A DNA stretch of 64,000 nucleotides from Cycas panzhihuaensis (GCA_023213395.1 CM041465.1:251169741-251233740); one strand, 5' to 3'. Counted from the first letter of the stretch, positions 13,101 to 27,820 are shown. Notes: generated by a model not told the origin, from the sequence alone. Program-made: numbers and translations.

Positions 13101-14597
13101 TTGAAATCCGGGAGGGGGGGTAGGTTAGAAACCCTACCTGTTATCGCTTTGGTGGAGATGGCGGCGCATTTCTTACAGGTTTGGACTGGGACGTTGAGGC
13201 GATGACTGGGGTTGCAGGTCGACGAGACGATGGAGACAAAGAACGGCGTCTCGATGGAGGTCCAGGTGATGAACGATCCGAGCACAAAGGGCTTCAATGG
13301 TGCTTTACAAGATCCTTATCTCTAATCTGTATAGATAACCTCCTCCATTCAGAGACTGATTTGCTCTGGCAATAAATTTACAGTTCTGGCATTTGTCTTT
13401 GGCCTGGTATTTCAGAATTTATCCTTGAATTTCTTAATCTAATAGCTGTCATTCCTTCTTATAGTTTGTTCTTCGATGGCGGCACTTCCAGAGGGTTTAT
13501 TCAGATCTGGTTCGACTTCCTCCAAGTCCTTTCACATGCATGGATTCAAATTTGCAGATCTTGCTTGTTGCTCTGCAACGAGGGCGTACTGGTTTGCTTT
13601 GCTACTCTGTAACTAAGGCGTGCTGGTTTGCTTGCAGGTCCAGAAGATCTTTGTCTTCATACAGCTTTGTATTTAACCCTAGTTAGGGTTTCTTCAAAAG
13701 AGTAATCTTTGTTATGGCAGTTATAGAGCATAATACTGTATTTTAGGCCTGGTTAGGGTTTTTACTGCAGGGACAACCATGGTTATAGTTTCTTTTTATA
13801 CGGCTCTGCCTTAATGGCAGGTTTCTTTTTGTACGGCTCTGCCTTAATGGTCGTATAGGTTTTGATGTAAAAAAAAATCTATAGACTGATATGTAAAAAG
13901 AAATCTATCTTAATGATAGTTTATATAAAGAACTGTGGAAAGATTTTGCCTTAATGGCTATTGGTATAAAGACCGTTTGTATAAAAGACTGTTATTAAAT
14001 GAGTGATTTTGCCTTAATGGCAGTTTTTAAAAAAACTTGGTTTTGAATACATGATTACTGTGACCAAAAAAATGTTTTGAATGGTTAAAAAAAAAATTAA
14101 ATAATAGGCATAATAAGCTCTGATACCATGTAGAAAAAATAGGCATAATAAGCTCTGATACCATATAGAAAAAATAGGCATATGAACAATATCATGATAG
14201 GATCACACAGTAAAGCAATTACAGACAACTAATGACACTGCACATATACACCAGATTGACAGGTGGAAAAACCCCTTCTAGGGAAGAAAAAACCACCTCC
14301 TAAGTTATCTAATTTTATTAATGAAAATATGGAACAGAAAACCATGTAAGGAAACTACCTGTAAAACAGACCAGCCTTAGGGCATTAGGACCGCCCTCCT
14401 AGATTCCTAGGAGACATGTTCCAGGAATTTAGGAGGTTAAGTACTAAGGAGGTTCGTTGAAATACAGTTTCACAAATTCAACGACCTTCCACAAATTTAA
14501 TTAAATAAACCTAAGATAAAAACATTACAATGACTTAAATTTTATATTGGACATGTGACATAAATAATTACATAAGTTTACATTATATAATCTAACA
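7135..14597 (-). mobile_element. Full-length but inactivated Ty1/Copia element nested in element A
   Basis: LTRs 7135-7568 (3') and 14164-14597 (5'), 434 bp each. TSD AAAAT at 7130-7134 and 14598-14602. PPT complement TCCCCCTTTA at 7569. PBS complement GCTCTGATACCA at 14152-14163. Confidence 0.96.
7600..11884 (-). pseudogene. Copia gag-pol polyprotein (gag, Zn knuckle, protease, integrase, RT, RNase H) with stops and frameshifts
   Basis: Starts MALMPG..LTGSNY. Motifs CAYCHKRGHTIDIC, WIIDSGASHH, LWHARFGH, LELIHSDICGP, HQMDVKSAFLNG, QITDILTKSL in Copia order (integrase before RT). Confidence 0.95.
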
Positions 14598-14968
14598 AAA
14601 ATATTGACTTGTAAGAACCCGTTTTCAAAGCAGTCAATTCCATTGAATAGTTCTTTCATTAATCTTCAATTTGGTAAAGTTTCACTTTATTCTGACTCTG
14701 TTTAGTACAACTTTGAAGCCATTAGACTTGAGTATTCAAGTATATCCTAATAGGATTATCTTAAGAACTTTTTATTTTTTCATCTTCAAAGTTTCAATTC
14801 ATACCTAGTTAAGAGGATCTTCATTATATTTAAAATTTACTCATATATTCATTATATTTCAAGTTTTATCTGAAACTATATCTTATAAGTTTGTCATATT
14901 TACTCATTTATTGAGTTTTTTGACTTGGTAAAAGTATATTCCTTTTATGTACTAAAGTTTTTAATAAA

Positions 14969-15454
14969 ATGGCAATCAATCTTAATCAAATATAATTTCC
15001 TATATTTGATGGTCATAATTTTTCACTATCGCATAAGATAATGTAAAATTATTTTATTATACATGATCTTTAGAGATACGTGCAAGATGACTATGATGTT
15101 AACATTAAGGAAAACATTAAAAAAGACAATGAAACCTTAGCTTTATTATTTTGTACTATAGATGATAATGTCTTTTCTAAAGTTTGTGAATTAACAACTT
15201 CCAAATCCATATGGGACATCTTGATTTCTACTTATGGGGGAGATACCTTCAATGAATTTAACATTAATTTTGTTAAGTATGTGAGATACGTACTAGAACA
15301 GGTGGATTGTCATGAAAAGACCAAGGAAGATTCAAATCAAATACATGATCATCTTATTACACAAGAACCTGATCCTCCATTTGAGGGGGAGAGATATGAT
15401 GATAAGATAGTTATACATAACACAAAGTTTTCAGAAGAAAAAGTTCAAGTTTAA
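14969..15454 (+). pseudogene. Copia gag N-terminal remnant of element A
   Basis: FPIFDGHNF...KKDNETLALLFCTIDDNVFSKVCELTTSKSIWDILISTYGG matches the Copia gag (UBN2-type) pattern. Upstream part has stops. Confidence 0.8.
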
Positions 15455-15617
15455 AGTTTTCTTGAAGTTCTAGTGGTGAAGACACACACATTGCTATAAG
15501 GATGAAGAAAATTAATAAAGACTAAGCCAAAAGATAAATCTTTAAAGTTTTTTTTAAGTACAAATTTCATAAGTTTAAAGAGAAGATATTATTCGTGATG
15601 ATCATTAAGGGGGAGAA

Positions 15618-16026
15618 TGTTGGGGTTAATGCTCATCACCCCACTCCCACCTTCCAACCAGGAGTGCACACCTTACTCTCATCAATTTACATATGTGGGT
15701 GCTCACATGTGTAGGTAAGTATAAGGTAAGGTTGATTTCATTTAAGTTAATTTGAGTTAAGTTCATTTGAGTCAAGTCAAGTTATTATTTTATTGTTATT
15801 TAAATTTTAGAGGTTGAGGAGTTTCCCTCCTCCCCCAAACTATATATTTTGAGGGGTGTTTAACCCTGGTGTCTTTAGACACCACCTACAATTTAGATAT
15901 TTGTAATGCTCTCTCTACAAAAATGGATTGAATACAATAGATCCTGTGTTTATGCAACAATGATGTATTGATCTATGATTATTTGTTTGTGTTCTTCCCT
16001 GTTCTCTATTATATTATTTTCCAACA
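15618..16026 (+). repeat. 3' LTR of element A
   Basis: TG...CA, directly after the PPT. Confidence 0.93.
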
Positions 16027-16358
16027 TTTATCTTAGTTTCTTTGAGCAGATAAATTCTATAATTACATTCTTGAGCTTAAGCTTATAAGGTGAGTGTATG
16101 CTAAATGTTTGATAAAATGTTTGAATGAAATGTGGTTAGTAAGAAGAGAAAGATAATGAGTAGCCGCAAACCAAGTATTTGATAAAATGTCTAAATAAGT
16201 GTAGTTTGGAATGATAACATAGTTATGTATTATAAGAATTCCTTAGGATTTATCTCCATCCCATAAAAGGGATTGATCTAGTAAGCAACATGAGTAGTTA
16301 TATTTTATTACTATGTTAATCTCTTAGTATTATTTCAAGGGTTCTCAATTTTAGTTGG

Positions 16359-16512
16359 GATAGGGTATTGAGGGTGTCTCTCCTATACCCTGGTAGGATC
16401 GTTATGAAGGGATAGGATGTTGAGTGTGCCTTCCTTATGTCCTAATATGATTATTATGAAATAGTATTATGTTGAGGGTGTCTCCCCTATACCCTAGTAT
16501 GATTGTTGTGAG
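16359..16512. repeat. Three diverged ~52-bp tandem units (core TTGAG(G/T)GTG...CC.TAT)
   Basis: Units at ~16359, ~16411 and ~16461. Related cores at 27601-27775 and 63641-63730. Confidence 0.7.
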
Positions 16513-17559
16513 ATTGGCCTAACAATGGCATATAGATGGCATGTCAATTCCAAATCAAGTGCATAAACTAATAATGGCAATAGAGTGATGTTTTAACCCT
16601 TATGAATTAAGTTGCAACAAATAAGCTTAGGAACATTTTGATAGCCCTATTATATCTAGTTTATGAGTATTTATATATAAATATATAATGAGTTGTAGTG
16701 GAGGAATTAGGTGACAAATCAATAATAATGGTTGTAATGATATTTTTAGATTAAGAGCATACATCAAGTGGAGTAAAAGATTTAGCAAGTATTCCACATT
16801 TGTATATCCATGGTTTTGTGCTTTATGTAGACTTTGGGATAAATAAGTGGCTATGAGAAAAGCAACTGACTAGTACTCTAACATTCATATCATGTGCTCT
16901 AACTCAGGGGAGCTTTCCATCTTTGGATTGTTACTGGTTAGGCAATGAATTCATCCAAAGAAACCTAGTTATTCCCTTCACTTGGCTAAATTAATTATTA
17001 CAAAAGTGTCCAATGTTATGATATATAATATATTCTTTGATTACTAGTTGCCCTAATAATGAATTATGGTGTTATATTACTTGATATCATCTTATAGTTT
17101 GTTCTTGATAAGAATGAGTTTGATATCTATTAGAAAACATCATTGGCCCCTTAATCTAGTAACATCTATAAGCATGGAAATATTCTATTAAGCATGTTGT
17201 AAAGCTTTAAATTTGGCTTCTATTAGGTTAAGTTGATTATAATGTGTTGTCTTAGTTGGTAGACTCAAGTAAATCATAATAAGGTAAAGTCATAGCTAAC
17301 CCATAGGGGCTTATGACATGCTTATCATCCTGTGAATGTTGATATCCAGTGTAAGCATGTTCTTTACCATGGTAATAAATAATACAAGGATTAATTGATT
17401 TGTCATGAAGGTGAGGGAGTGTTAGCAATGAGCTCTCCACAAATTATCCATAGAGGTAATTAAATTTAAATTTATTTAAATGTATATGAGATTAATAAGA
17501 TTAAATGTTAATATATTACATGCACCTTAATAAGGTAATTTTGTAGGCTGTATTCTTGG

Positions 17560-18830
17560 AGAACTATATCTAAGGCAATGGATACATACTACATGGGGTA
17601 AGTTGAATGCTAAAATCTCCTCCACTAATTTCTTAGTCCAACACTAGATGACATTTTAATTTGAAGTGCCATCTCAAGCTAATTTAGTCCTCAATCCTAA
17701 CTCTTGATCTTGTCTAGGTAGGCTATTAACAATGCATCACTAGTCCCTAGATTTTTTAATGCATGTAACCATAATAGCCAAATGTCTTATTTAGGTCACA
17801 CTCCCTAACCTTTGTTTGTACTTATGCCAGTCTTGGATAGCTTTCTCATTCCTCTTGGATATCTTCATTAGAAGCCCCTATAAAGACAAATTAATCATTT
17901 ATTGCATCTAAGGATTAATGTCAAAATTGATCTTCCCATGCCTTTGGTTGAGGAAATTTCTATTCCATTTATCGATAAAACGTTTTCTTAGAAAATCCAA
18001 TATCTTAATGGCAGATATAAAATATTAGGCCATGTTGCTCAAGTATGTCCCTATTTCCTTCCCAAGTTTGATTTGAAGATATCTCTATAGAGTAGCCATA
18101 ATAAGTTAAATCTTCCACTCACCCTTCTCCTTTCTAGCCTATGGCTATGTAATCACACTATTTAAGGAGCATTGTTAAAGAAACCTATTTGGAACCTATA
18201 GACTAGGATCATGGTTGGACTCTTGTCTCTAAACTTAAGAGGAAAATAGATTCTCATATTACTTGTACTTCTCTTATGAAGGATTCTCCTATGCCTAAGA
18301 AAAATCATGTGGTATCCCCCTCTCATCACTTCCCTACTTATAATTCTCATTTCATTCATGAAATTTAGCCCAACTTAAAACATTCAATTGACTATTTATT
18401 TAAGAATTATTCCAATTATTTTGTTCCCTTGGAAGTAGAAGACACTTATAAAGAAGAGGTTGCTCCAGGCCTCTAGGTATAGTTGCTTCTCACCAATTCT
18501 AGATTATTTTGAATTCTTTTAATTTATATGTATTTTTTAATCTTTTCTATAATGTTCAAGGATTTTTCAAGTTGTGTGAAGAAGAATCATTAAAAATTTT
18601 ATGATCTTAGAAGTTGGTGTTCCGAATTTCCTTACTATTCAAGAATATAAAGTTGTTAGTTCTAACTTATCTATGGCAGTTAGAAATCTTTAGGGGTCTA
18701 ATAATTTTGTATCATGTAATCATTATCATAGTTCTAGAGGAAAGGTTCTTTACTATGCCTCTTGGTTTTGGATCCTACTTATTTGTTCTAGCTCATATCC
18801 AAATGCCTATTGCATGCATTTTATTTTTTT
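17560..18830 (+). mobile_element. Highly degenerate L1-type LINE remnant (ORF1 and start of endonuclease)
   Basis: Residual LGRLLTMHH*SLDF, RINVKIDLPMPLVEEISI, LGHVAQVCP and GLIIL motifs resemble plant L1 ORF1/ORF2. Confidence 0.5.
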
Positions 18831-20399
18831 GGATTTAAAACCTTCTATTTAGAGTTACCTCTATATATGTTTTACTATCAGTCTTTTTTAAAACTAATAT
18901 ATTGAATTGGCTAGAACAAAGGGACAACTATAAAACTATAAAATATTCAGCCCTAAGATGCATTGCTTACTTGTATGATATATGAATAAGTTAATAGATA
19001 TTATGTATGAGGTAAATAATGGTCAATTTTAGAGCATTTTACGAATATTTTTATAGTATAATAAAGGATAAAATTATGTTTAAATGCAATGAAAAGAAAA
19101 GAAAATAAAATACAATTGTAGAGAAGAGAAAAGGATAGAAAATAAAATGGCAAATAACTATTATTCAAGGTCTTTAGAATTGAAAGAAGATGCAATACAT
19201 AGAATACCCACAAAGCTAAGTTAATTCACATGATTCACTTTTACAAGTGTTATAAATCAAAAAATACTAGTAGAGCTAAGTTGATCTAAAAGTGTGGACC
19301 ATTAATTTTTTGACAATAAAAAAGACTTAATAGTAGATAAACCAAATATAAGAACTTGAAATTATCAAGAAGAAGTAGTTTTACATCAAATGGCTTATTT
19401 ATATTTGTTTAGTACATCAAAATATTATTTGTGCAAAACTTATTAGTACCTATGATTGGTTATAGGGTTATATTCTAAAAACACTCTTACGTTGATAACC
19501 TACTAATGAAAAAATAAAGAAAATGCACAAGAAAGAACTAAAATGAAGATCAAATAGAACCAAGACTATACTGGTAGCTTAAGCAACAATCTCTTAAACC
19601 CAAAGAATGCTTTCTACTTCATCCTATTCTCTTTTAAATATGTTTTCTATTGCAACTGTTGAACTAAATCAAAGTGAACCCTACACTATTATTTAATTAC
19701 ATGCATATGTTCAAATCACCCTTTATTTATCCATAATCTATCCTTATAATTTGATACCTCAAAGATCTAAGTAATTTGCCCTTGCCTTGCTTTGTATTCT
19801 ATGATGAAAATGGATGGAAAATGATTGTTAACCATATTTTACCTACTTTACCAATCCATGTATACGTATTTAATGACTTATGCACCATTTAGTCCTTTAT
19901 TCAGTGCATTATTGTGTATTTCTATATAGTTTGCAAGTTTAGAGATTAGTGTCTATTCCTTTGTTATTTTTTCCTTGACTTTGCACTAGCAAGATTGAAT
20001 ATATACATGGTCATTATTGCACCTAAGAAATTGTGAGATTGTATAAGACACCCATTTATTTAAACTTTACAATCTCATAAATGAGGGATTTTTGTCACTA
20101 TTTTCCTTAGGACATTTACAAAATTATGTAGTTTCTCTTATAAAAGTGATCAAACTCCATCTAACAACTCATATTCTAGATAGTTAAATATTTTCTCTAA
20201 AAAATATCACTTCATGCACCTCTTTGAGCTAAATTTCTATCTCTTCTTAATTTATGTTTTTATTACGTACATTCATTGTAACCATGCATTATTTATTTAT
20301 TTGCACCCTTTTGAGAAAAGAGGAGAAAGGAAGGAGGTAATAACTAGCTTCCTTTTGCTTCTTTGTTTATGGTTATAACCATATTTTAGTGGCTAAGAT

Positions 20400-21864
20400 A
20401 TGAATAAGATTATATTCATTACAAAAATTCAGTTTGGGTTAATTAATATAAGTGCTACTTTTCAAAGAGTTATAGGCATGGTCTTTAAAGGATTAATTAG
20501 GGTTATCATTGTCATTTATTTGGATGACATGACTGCTTTCTCTAAGACAATAAATCACTTTGAACATTTGAGAGTAATATTTTAGAGATGTAGATAGTAT
20601 GTGATTTCACTTAACCCTAAGAAGATTGTATTTGGAATTATTATTAGGAAACTATTAGGACATATTATCACTAAGGATGGAACATACATTAACCTTAACA
20701 TAGTTAAAGTCATCAAAGACATGTCCCTATAAACCAATAAGAAAGGAGTTCAATCCTTCTATGGAATGATAAATTTTCTAAGAATACTTATATTTTATTT
20801 TGTATGGTTAACTCTACCAAATTAATACTCTATTATGTAAAAATGAAGATTCTAAATAGATGAAGGAGGTTAGGCATGGATTTCATTAAATTAAAGAATG
20901 GATTAGTCAAACCCCTACACTAGTAAGACCTAACAACGAAAAGGATTTTATTATATACTCTTATACTTTAAATGGTGCTTATATAATAATGCTATTTTTA
21001 AAGGACTAAGAACGTAGAAAGATCGGTCTTATTTATAAATAGTCTCTAAAGGATTACCAATTAAAGTACAACCACACTAAGAAGTAGGCATATGTCTTAG
21101 TCAAAACTATTAAAGATTTTAAACCCTATATTATTAATAGTCATATTGTGGCTTATGTGATACAATCCCCTATGAGCATTATATTAAACCAACCTAAGCT
21201 AATGGGTAGATAGGTCAAGTGGTTGGCTAAGATATAAGAGTTTGATTTAGAGGTGAAACCCATTAGACTAGTAAAAGGATGGGGGTTGTGCAGGCTAATT
21301 TTAGATAGCTAAGCAAATAAAATATTGTAACCTATAGAGGAATAGGGTGAACAAAATATGGAGGTAAGTGATTTAACTTTAGTATATGATGTTGCTGAAT
21401 CATTTAGATTTAATACTTTCTCACAAAAGGTTATCTTTTACCTAAAGAATGAATCTTATCCCGAGTTTCTTGATAAAAGTGTAAGATAGTCTTTAAAACT
21501 AAGGACTAAGCCTTATATATTAATTGAAGGACAATTATATAGGAGGGTATATGATGGTATTATACTAAAATATCTAAAGAAGGAAGAAATAAAGGATAGT
21601 ATTAGAGGAGTTTCATGAAAGCTTTCATAGAGGACACTTTGCAATAAAGACTATTACTCACAAAGTTATTAGAGTAGGATACTCCTAGCCTACAATGGTC
21701 AAAGATATATTTAACAATATCTAAAAGCTACCCATCCTACCCTAAATTCTTAAATAAGTAGAGTTTGTTACCTTACCTCTCATACATGTGTATGTAGATC
21801 AACCTTTTGAGAAATAGGGATTAGGTTTTATTGGGTTTATCAATCCATCCTCCAGCAAAGGCCA
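20400..21864 (+). pseudogene. Ty3/Gypsy pol remnant (RT, RNase H, start of integrase)
   Basis: FGLINISATFQR...IYLDDMTAFSK, ISLNPKK, KLLGHII, WLAKI*EFDLEVKP, PFEK*GLGFIGFINPSSSKGH. Ends abruptly at TGTAAG (21865). Confidence 0.88.
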
Positions 21865-22956
21865 TGTAAGGACCTAACCCTGAAGTGACCATTCATTGAC
21901 TTATGCTTCTATAATCTCTTTATATAATATTAGTTATGAATACATGCTACTTTATTTTCATCATCTTCTCTTTATATTATGTAATGAATATAATGTTATG
22001 TATTGTTTTCTCATTTTATGTTCATATTATATAAGGTGGAATCCATTTTAAGCTCCACCAAGTATGAGGGTGCACCACCTTATTTTATTATTCATCCTTG
22101 TAAGATGGAAATTATTTCACATATTCCACTAGGTATTTAGGATGCACCATCTTATGATTTTTAAATAGAAAGCTTGCTCATGATAGTGATGTTGAAGGAT
22201 GTTGTATTTTATTCTAACACTTTACTCAATGTAATGTATTTATCGTTATTGTGTCTTACATCAATATGAAAGACAACCAAACTACTTCTAAGGGCAAAAG
22301 GAAGCAAATGATATGAAGGAAGGAAGAATAGAGGGATAGGAATAGCTATAAGGGTGGTAACAAGAACAAGATAGAAACTTATAAAAGAATAATTTATGAA
22401 ATGATGAGTCTAACTAATTGATACAATATATCATAGAAGACTCCACTAAGTAAAGAATAGAGTTTAGGCTTTCCATTAACTAGTGGATCACTAAAAATGG
22501 AGTTCTAAGTGAGAAGTAATAAAGGCTCAAAGGGTTTTTATAAGATAAATTATTAAGTGATAACCATTTCTCACAATCTCATATATAAGTAAATAAATAA
22601 GGTTAATTTAGGTGTCCATCTCCAAAATTATAAAATGTGAGGGCCAAATACAAAGGGGAAGCACCTGCATCTTTGCATATGATCTCATGACTGTGGCATC
22701 CACTTTTGTTAAAGAAAAAACAAGGGAATCAACCTGCAAGTCCATGCGTAGGCAAACAAGAGGGGCTACCAACATTGCCAATACAAAAATATAAATGAGA
22801 ATGCCTACAAACCTATAGATGGACCTCTAAGTACTAACTACTCACTAGGAAATTTATAAAATCATGTAGATAAAGGGCTAATTATCTAAAATTCATAAAA
22901 TTGGTTATAAATCCTATAATAAATTTTAGAAATAATTTAGACCATTCATATTCAAA

Positions 22957-25900
22957 TGTAATTAATATTAAAGTTCACAATTATCAATGAGTAATGTTTA
23001 ATTAGTGGTCAAAAGGTCAAAGTTATTATTAAACAATGTGAGATGTCCCACACCCATGATCAAATTGGTTGATATAATGGTAAATTATAATTAATTATTA
23101 ATGAGGTTACCACATATATAAGGGCAATGCATATTGTAAAGAAAGTAGATCACCTAGTCCTCCTTATAAGGCTAAGGTGACTCACTATGTGTATCGTTGA
23201 GTATTCTTCTTAATATAAGATCTCATAAATATTTGGTGGTGGTTTTTGCTATTCATGAGATTTTCACATTAAACAAGGTATACATACGATGTTTGTACTA
23301 TTGACTCTTATACCCTTATCTTTTTATTTTATTATGTTTATGAATACTTAATTGATCATGCAAATATATTATATCCTTCTTGATTTCATACCTTTACATA
23401 AGTTGTTATAGAAAATTTAGTATGGTATAAAAACATTTAAAATTTCTAATATGGTATTAGAGCTAATAAAAGAACTAAGGTGAAGGAAGAGATTTATATA
23501 ATAGGTGAAGTAGATCCTAATGAGAGTTGATCAGAGTTATGAAAGAGAAGCAAAATATAGCTTGATAGACCCAATCTTTTTAGATAGTTTCTTAAGTTAG
23601 TAAAAGCTACCTTGAACTAATTATATTGAAGACATGCGATCAAGATCTTAGAGTAAGTTGATAAAGATTTTGAGTTAGAATAGAAGATGTAATCCTCTTT
23701 TGGTAAGTAATTTATATGGACATATTTATCAAGCATGTGGTGCACTAATATACATAGTATGTAGATTTCATAAGTCCACCAATGATGATGAAATATAAGA
23801 AATAATTGCTAGTTAAGTTCACTAATATAGGTTGGCTCCCTACATACATGATTTAGTTTCGTGAGACTAGCCATTTTGCCAAAACTCATAATTATGATAA
23901 TGAATCAATCAAACATGTGGTAAGAAGATGAGTCCACTTATTCACTTGTTAATAAGAAAGGTATGTTTATGTTGGGTAAGAAATATGTTTGAAAGAAGTT
24001 ATTATAAGGGCATGTATACTTAATGTGGCACTATATATACATATTTATAAATGAAAATATGTATGAAGCATTTAGGATTTATGGGCTATATTGAGGGTTT
24101 CATTGGTTTCTACTTATGATGAATATGATAAGGGTTTTATATCTTATATAAAAAATGTGTATGAATGATACTAGTGAAGAGGTTTTACCTTTGCTACATT
24201 ATTAAGAAAATAAGAATGGTTAGGGTTTCAATAAGTTTTGGCAATCATACATATTAGATATTATACATTGAATGACGTAGAATATTGAATGTTCAGTGCA
24301 TTTTTAGCATTCTGGTAGCTTTGTATAATCATGATGAGGGCACTCACAAATATTTATTAAGGGGTTATAATTCTGCAAAGGTTGTTTAAACATGATCAAA
24401 GATTCAAGGAGAAATATGTTTGCAAGAAGGAAAAATATCAACTTAGGGAAAAAACTCTGAGATGTTACTAATTGTCTGATGGAAGTCATGATAGGATAGT
24501 GGGAAGTTTGAATGCCTTTCTAATCAATGATATAGTAGCTTGTATCCTAAAACTATAGGTGAAAATAGATTATAGGTCACTTTGGTAAGTACACAAAGAA
24601 ATGACACTACCCCATGGATGCCAATCAATTAACACATAGAAGTTAAAGAAATCACAATATAAATTTGAGATAATTGAAGCCCTAGAACTAATAGCCCATG
24701 GAGATACTATAGAAACTATCCCTTAAAACCATGCATTACATTGTTTATCAAGCTTATCCCTACTCTACATGAGAATTTCACCTTCAGCTTTGTGATATAA
24801 TACTCCATTATATAAATAGATTGGAAGTTATATATTGAAGTCAAACCACCATCTATATGGAGATTTATACTTCATTTAATCTATTTGTATGAAGATTCTA
24901 GAGAGTTCACTAAAGAATTATTCAATTTGATTGCACATTTGACTAGAGTTTAACTCATGTAAGTTCAGATTTTTTAAACTTAAAGTTTTTTTTTATTAAT
25001 CCCTATGTTTTCAAAATTTTACTTAGATTTAATAATTGTTTGAATTTTTTCCAAGCCCCTTTTGTGAAGCCAAATGGTTATATGGAGTATAAGATATGAC
25101 CATGAGCCATTTCCTAAATGTGTTAATTAAATTTTAAAGCTTATTTTTGTTTTCCAAAAACCTCCTATTAATATTTTTATCATAACTTTCTTGTATGGAG
25201 CCCATTTTTTGAACCATTAGTTTCATTGGAAAGAGCACTCAGAGGTCGTCAAAACAAGTGGTTACAAGGCATATTTTAGATATTGCATCAATTGGTAAAG
25301 TTAAGTAAGTTATTTTTTACATGATAAAAGTTATGATTTTTAACTAGTTTCATATTTGATTTGGAATCTTCTGAGGGTTTTAAAGGATTATGAGTGCATA
25401 TTAATATAAATAGATGATTAATTATAAGAATGGAAATAAATTTGATTGAAATTTAATAAAAATTAACACATTTTAGGCTTATTCATAACATTTTAAGGCT
25501 CAAAATTAAAGTTATTAAAAACATATTTGATATTGAATTCCATAAGATATGTTGGACATAATAATTAAAATCCTCCTTAAGTATTTATCACATTTTATCT
25601 AGTGATGTACATCATTAATTAAATATATTTAATAATATTTGATGGTTTTATTGATGATCACCTGATTTATTGATGAAAGAAACACCACCTATTTTATAAT
25701 TATTTCAGAGAGGGGCTCGTTGTTTATTGAAAGTTTGGTTATGAGAATTAGTTGAGTTATTTCCACCTATTATAAAACATGAAGAAGTCTCATATGTTAG
25801 GTGCTTAGCACCAAAATCAAGAATTGAGGAGTCCAACTAATATATATTTATCACTAAGAAATCTGACATTCTATGTATGACAAGAGGCATAGAAATATAT

Positions 25901-27106
25901 TTGTTAGATTACCTTATTATAACTAACTTATCTTGGCCAAATGGTATGACCTATTCCTAGAATTAGTTTGTTCTATTCTATTTATTAATGAAATTAATTA
26001 ATTACTAAATGAAAGTTACAAAAGATATATGCAGAAGCATCAATAGAGGAAGCACACAAAAGTTTTCTCATATGTAAAAGGTAAGATTGATTTATGCTAC
26101 TCTTGTATATTATATTAGCTTAATAGCTAGTGATATTTTATTATTTTATTTTATTCAGTCAATGAACCACATATAAAAAATACTTTTTATAGAACTATTA
26201 ATTATAAAGGCTAGTTACCTATGCATTTTAATAGATGGTTATTATTTTATATGAACATCAGTGATCATTTTGGTTCATGACATTTTGAGATGAAAGAGTT
26301 GATAGTGTTAGTTATTGTAACTTTATAGGTGAAGATATAAAGTTGATGAGCATAAACACTTCATATATTATGACAAAATTGAGAGTCATAAATTATGGTT
26401 GTTTATTAGTTGATCAATGATAGTTTATAGGTTTTTACATGTAGTTGGTGTTATATATTTAATTACAAATTGATATGATACATTGTTATGATGTGATATG
26501 GGTTATGATATGATAGATTTTGCTTATAGGACACAAGGAAATAAGGATAAGTTTGACAAATTGATTTACAGGTGATTAAATTTGATTACATATTTTGGTA
26601 TAGGATTATAGATTCCAACATGAAGATAAATCATAAAAACATAAAGATATTTAAAAACTCACAAATTAAACATTAAGAGGGAGTGTTGGAATGTTGAAGT
26701 TCATAATTATCAATGACTAATATTTAATTAGTGGTCAAGAGGTCAAAGTTATCATTAGATGATATGAGAGGTCCCACATACATGATTAGATTGGTTGATA
26801 TAATGGTAAAATATGATTACTTATTGATGAGGTTATACATTTATATAAGGGTAATGCATATGGTAAAAAGAAGTATATTACCTAGTCTTCCTTATAAGGC
26901 TAGGGTAACCCACCATTAGTATTATTGAATTTTCTTCTTAATATGATATATCACAAACATTTAGAGGTGGTCTTTCCTATTTATATATTTTCCATGTTAA
27001 ACATAATATACATATAATGTTGATATTATTGACTCTTATCCCCTTATCTTTTTTATTTATTATATTCATAAATACTTGATTAATCATGTGAATATATCAT
27101 ATCCTA
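22957..27106 (+). mobile_element. Element D: old non-autonomous LTR element with interrupted 3' LTR
   Basis: LTR copies ~22957-23450 and 26684-27106. PBS TGGTATTAGAGC at 23452. PPT AAGAGGGAG before 26684. No recognisable pol. LTR similarity stops at 27107, where a new TGTGAAG sequence begins. Confidence 0.8.
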
Positions 27107-27820
27107 TGTGAAGTAAAACCATCTTGATATATGATTAGTCAATAATCACATAGAGTTGCTCCACAAGGAGATATTTGAGGAGAACAAAGGTAGTGGGTAG
27201 TTGATAGTTGGAGATGAGAGCTATTTTTAGTAATCATTATGTGTAATACTCTGGCCACTAAGATTGGCTTCTACCATGTGGCACGGGTGGCATTTGGTAA
27301 AGAATTAAGTGTAGGAATTAAGAAGCAAGTAAGAGAAAATGCATAAGTGATATTAGTAAGAAAATGCTAGTGAGAAGGAAAAAAAAAACAAAAAGAAAGA
27401 GAATTTATAAGGAAAAAAGATAGAGAATATGTTAGTTTTGATATTATAAGCTTATTTCAACTTGAAGGGTAGATTGTATATTAGGGGTGAACATAATCAT
27501 ACTTATAAAAAGGAATTATTGGTATATTTTAGAACCTTGTATAAGAATTACAACTATAATCTCTTTGGACTAATATTGTTGGATGCAAAATTACCTTAAG
27601 AGATAGGGTATTGAGTTAGATGCCCCCATATGATTTTATATTGATTAATACTTATAAGAAAGTTAAGGTGGTTACTCCCATTACTAGTTATTTTATGATC
27701 AAAGACATTGAATGGTTTCTCTCCTTGATGATTATATTTGAGTAGGGATGTTGGGTGGTTGCTTCCTATGGGAATTTATATATACTCAAGCTTACCATGA
27801 TGCCGTGTGAATTATTGCTA

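Larger units (their letters stand above)
3244..16026 (+). mobile_element. Element A: non-autonomous Copia-derived LTR element (TR-GAG/LARD-like) with gene cargo and a nested Copia
   Basis: LTRs 3244-3651 and 15618-16026 (~408 bp, roughly 90-93% identical by eye). TSD TTTAT at 3239-3243 and 16027-16031. PBS TGGTATCAGA at 3654. PPT AAGGGGGAGAA at 15607-15617. No RT or integrase of its own seen. Confidence 0.92.

Noticed and set aside
13680-13765. TAGGGTTT telomere-like motifs (also ~39626, ~52713)
   Set aside because: Isolated single units, not arrays.
16359-16512. CRISPR-like repeat/spacer appearance (also 27601-27775, 63641-63730)
   Set aside because: Whole units are diverged duplicates with no unique spacers, there are no cas genes, and the context is eukaryotic retroelement DNA.
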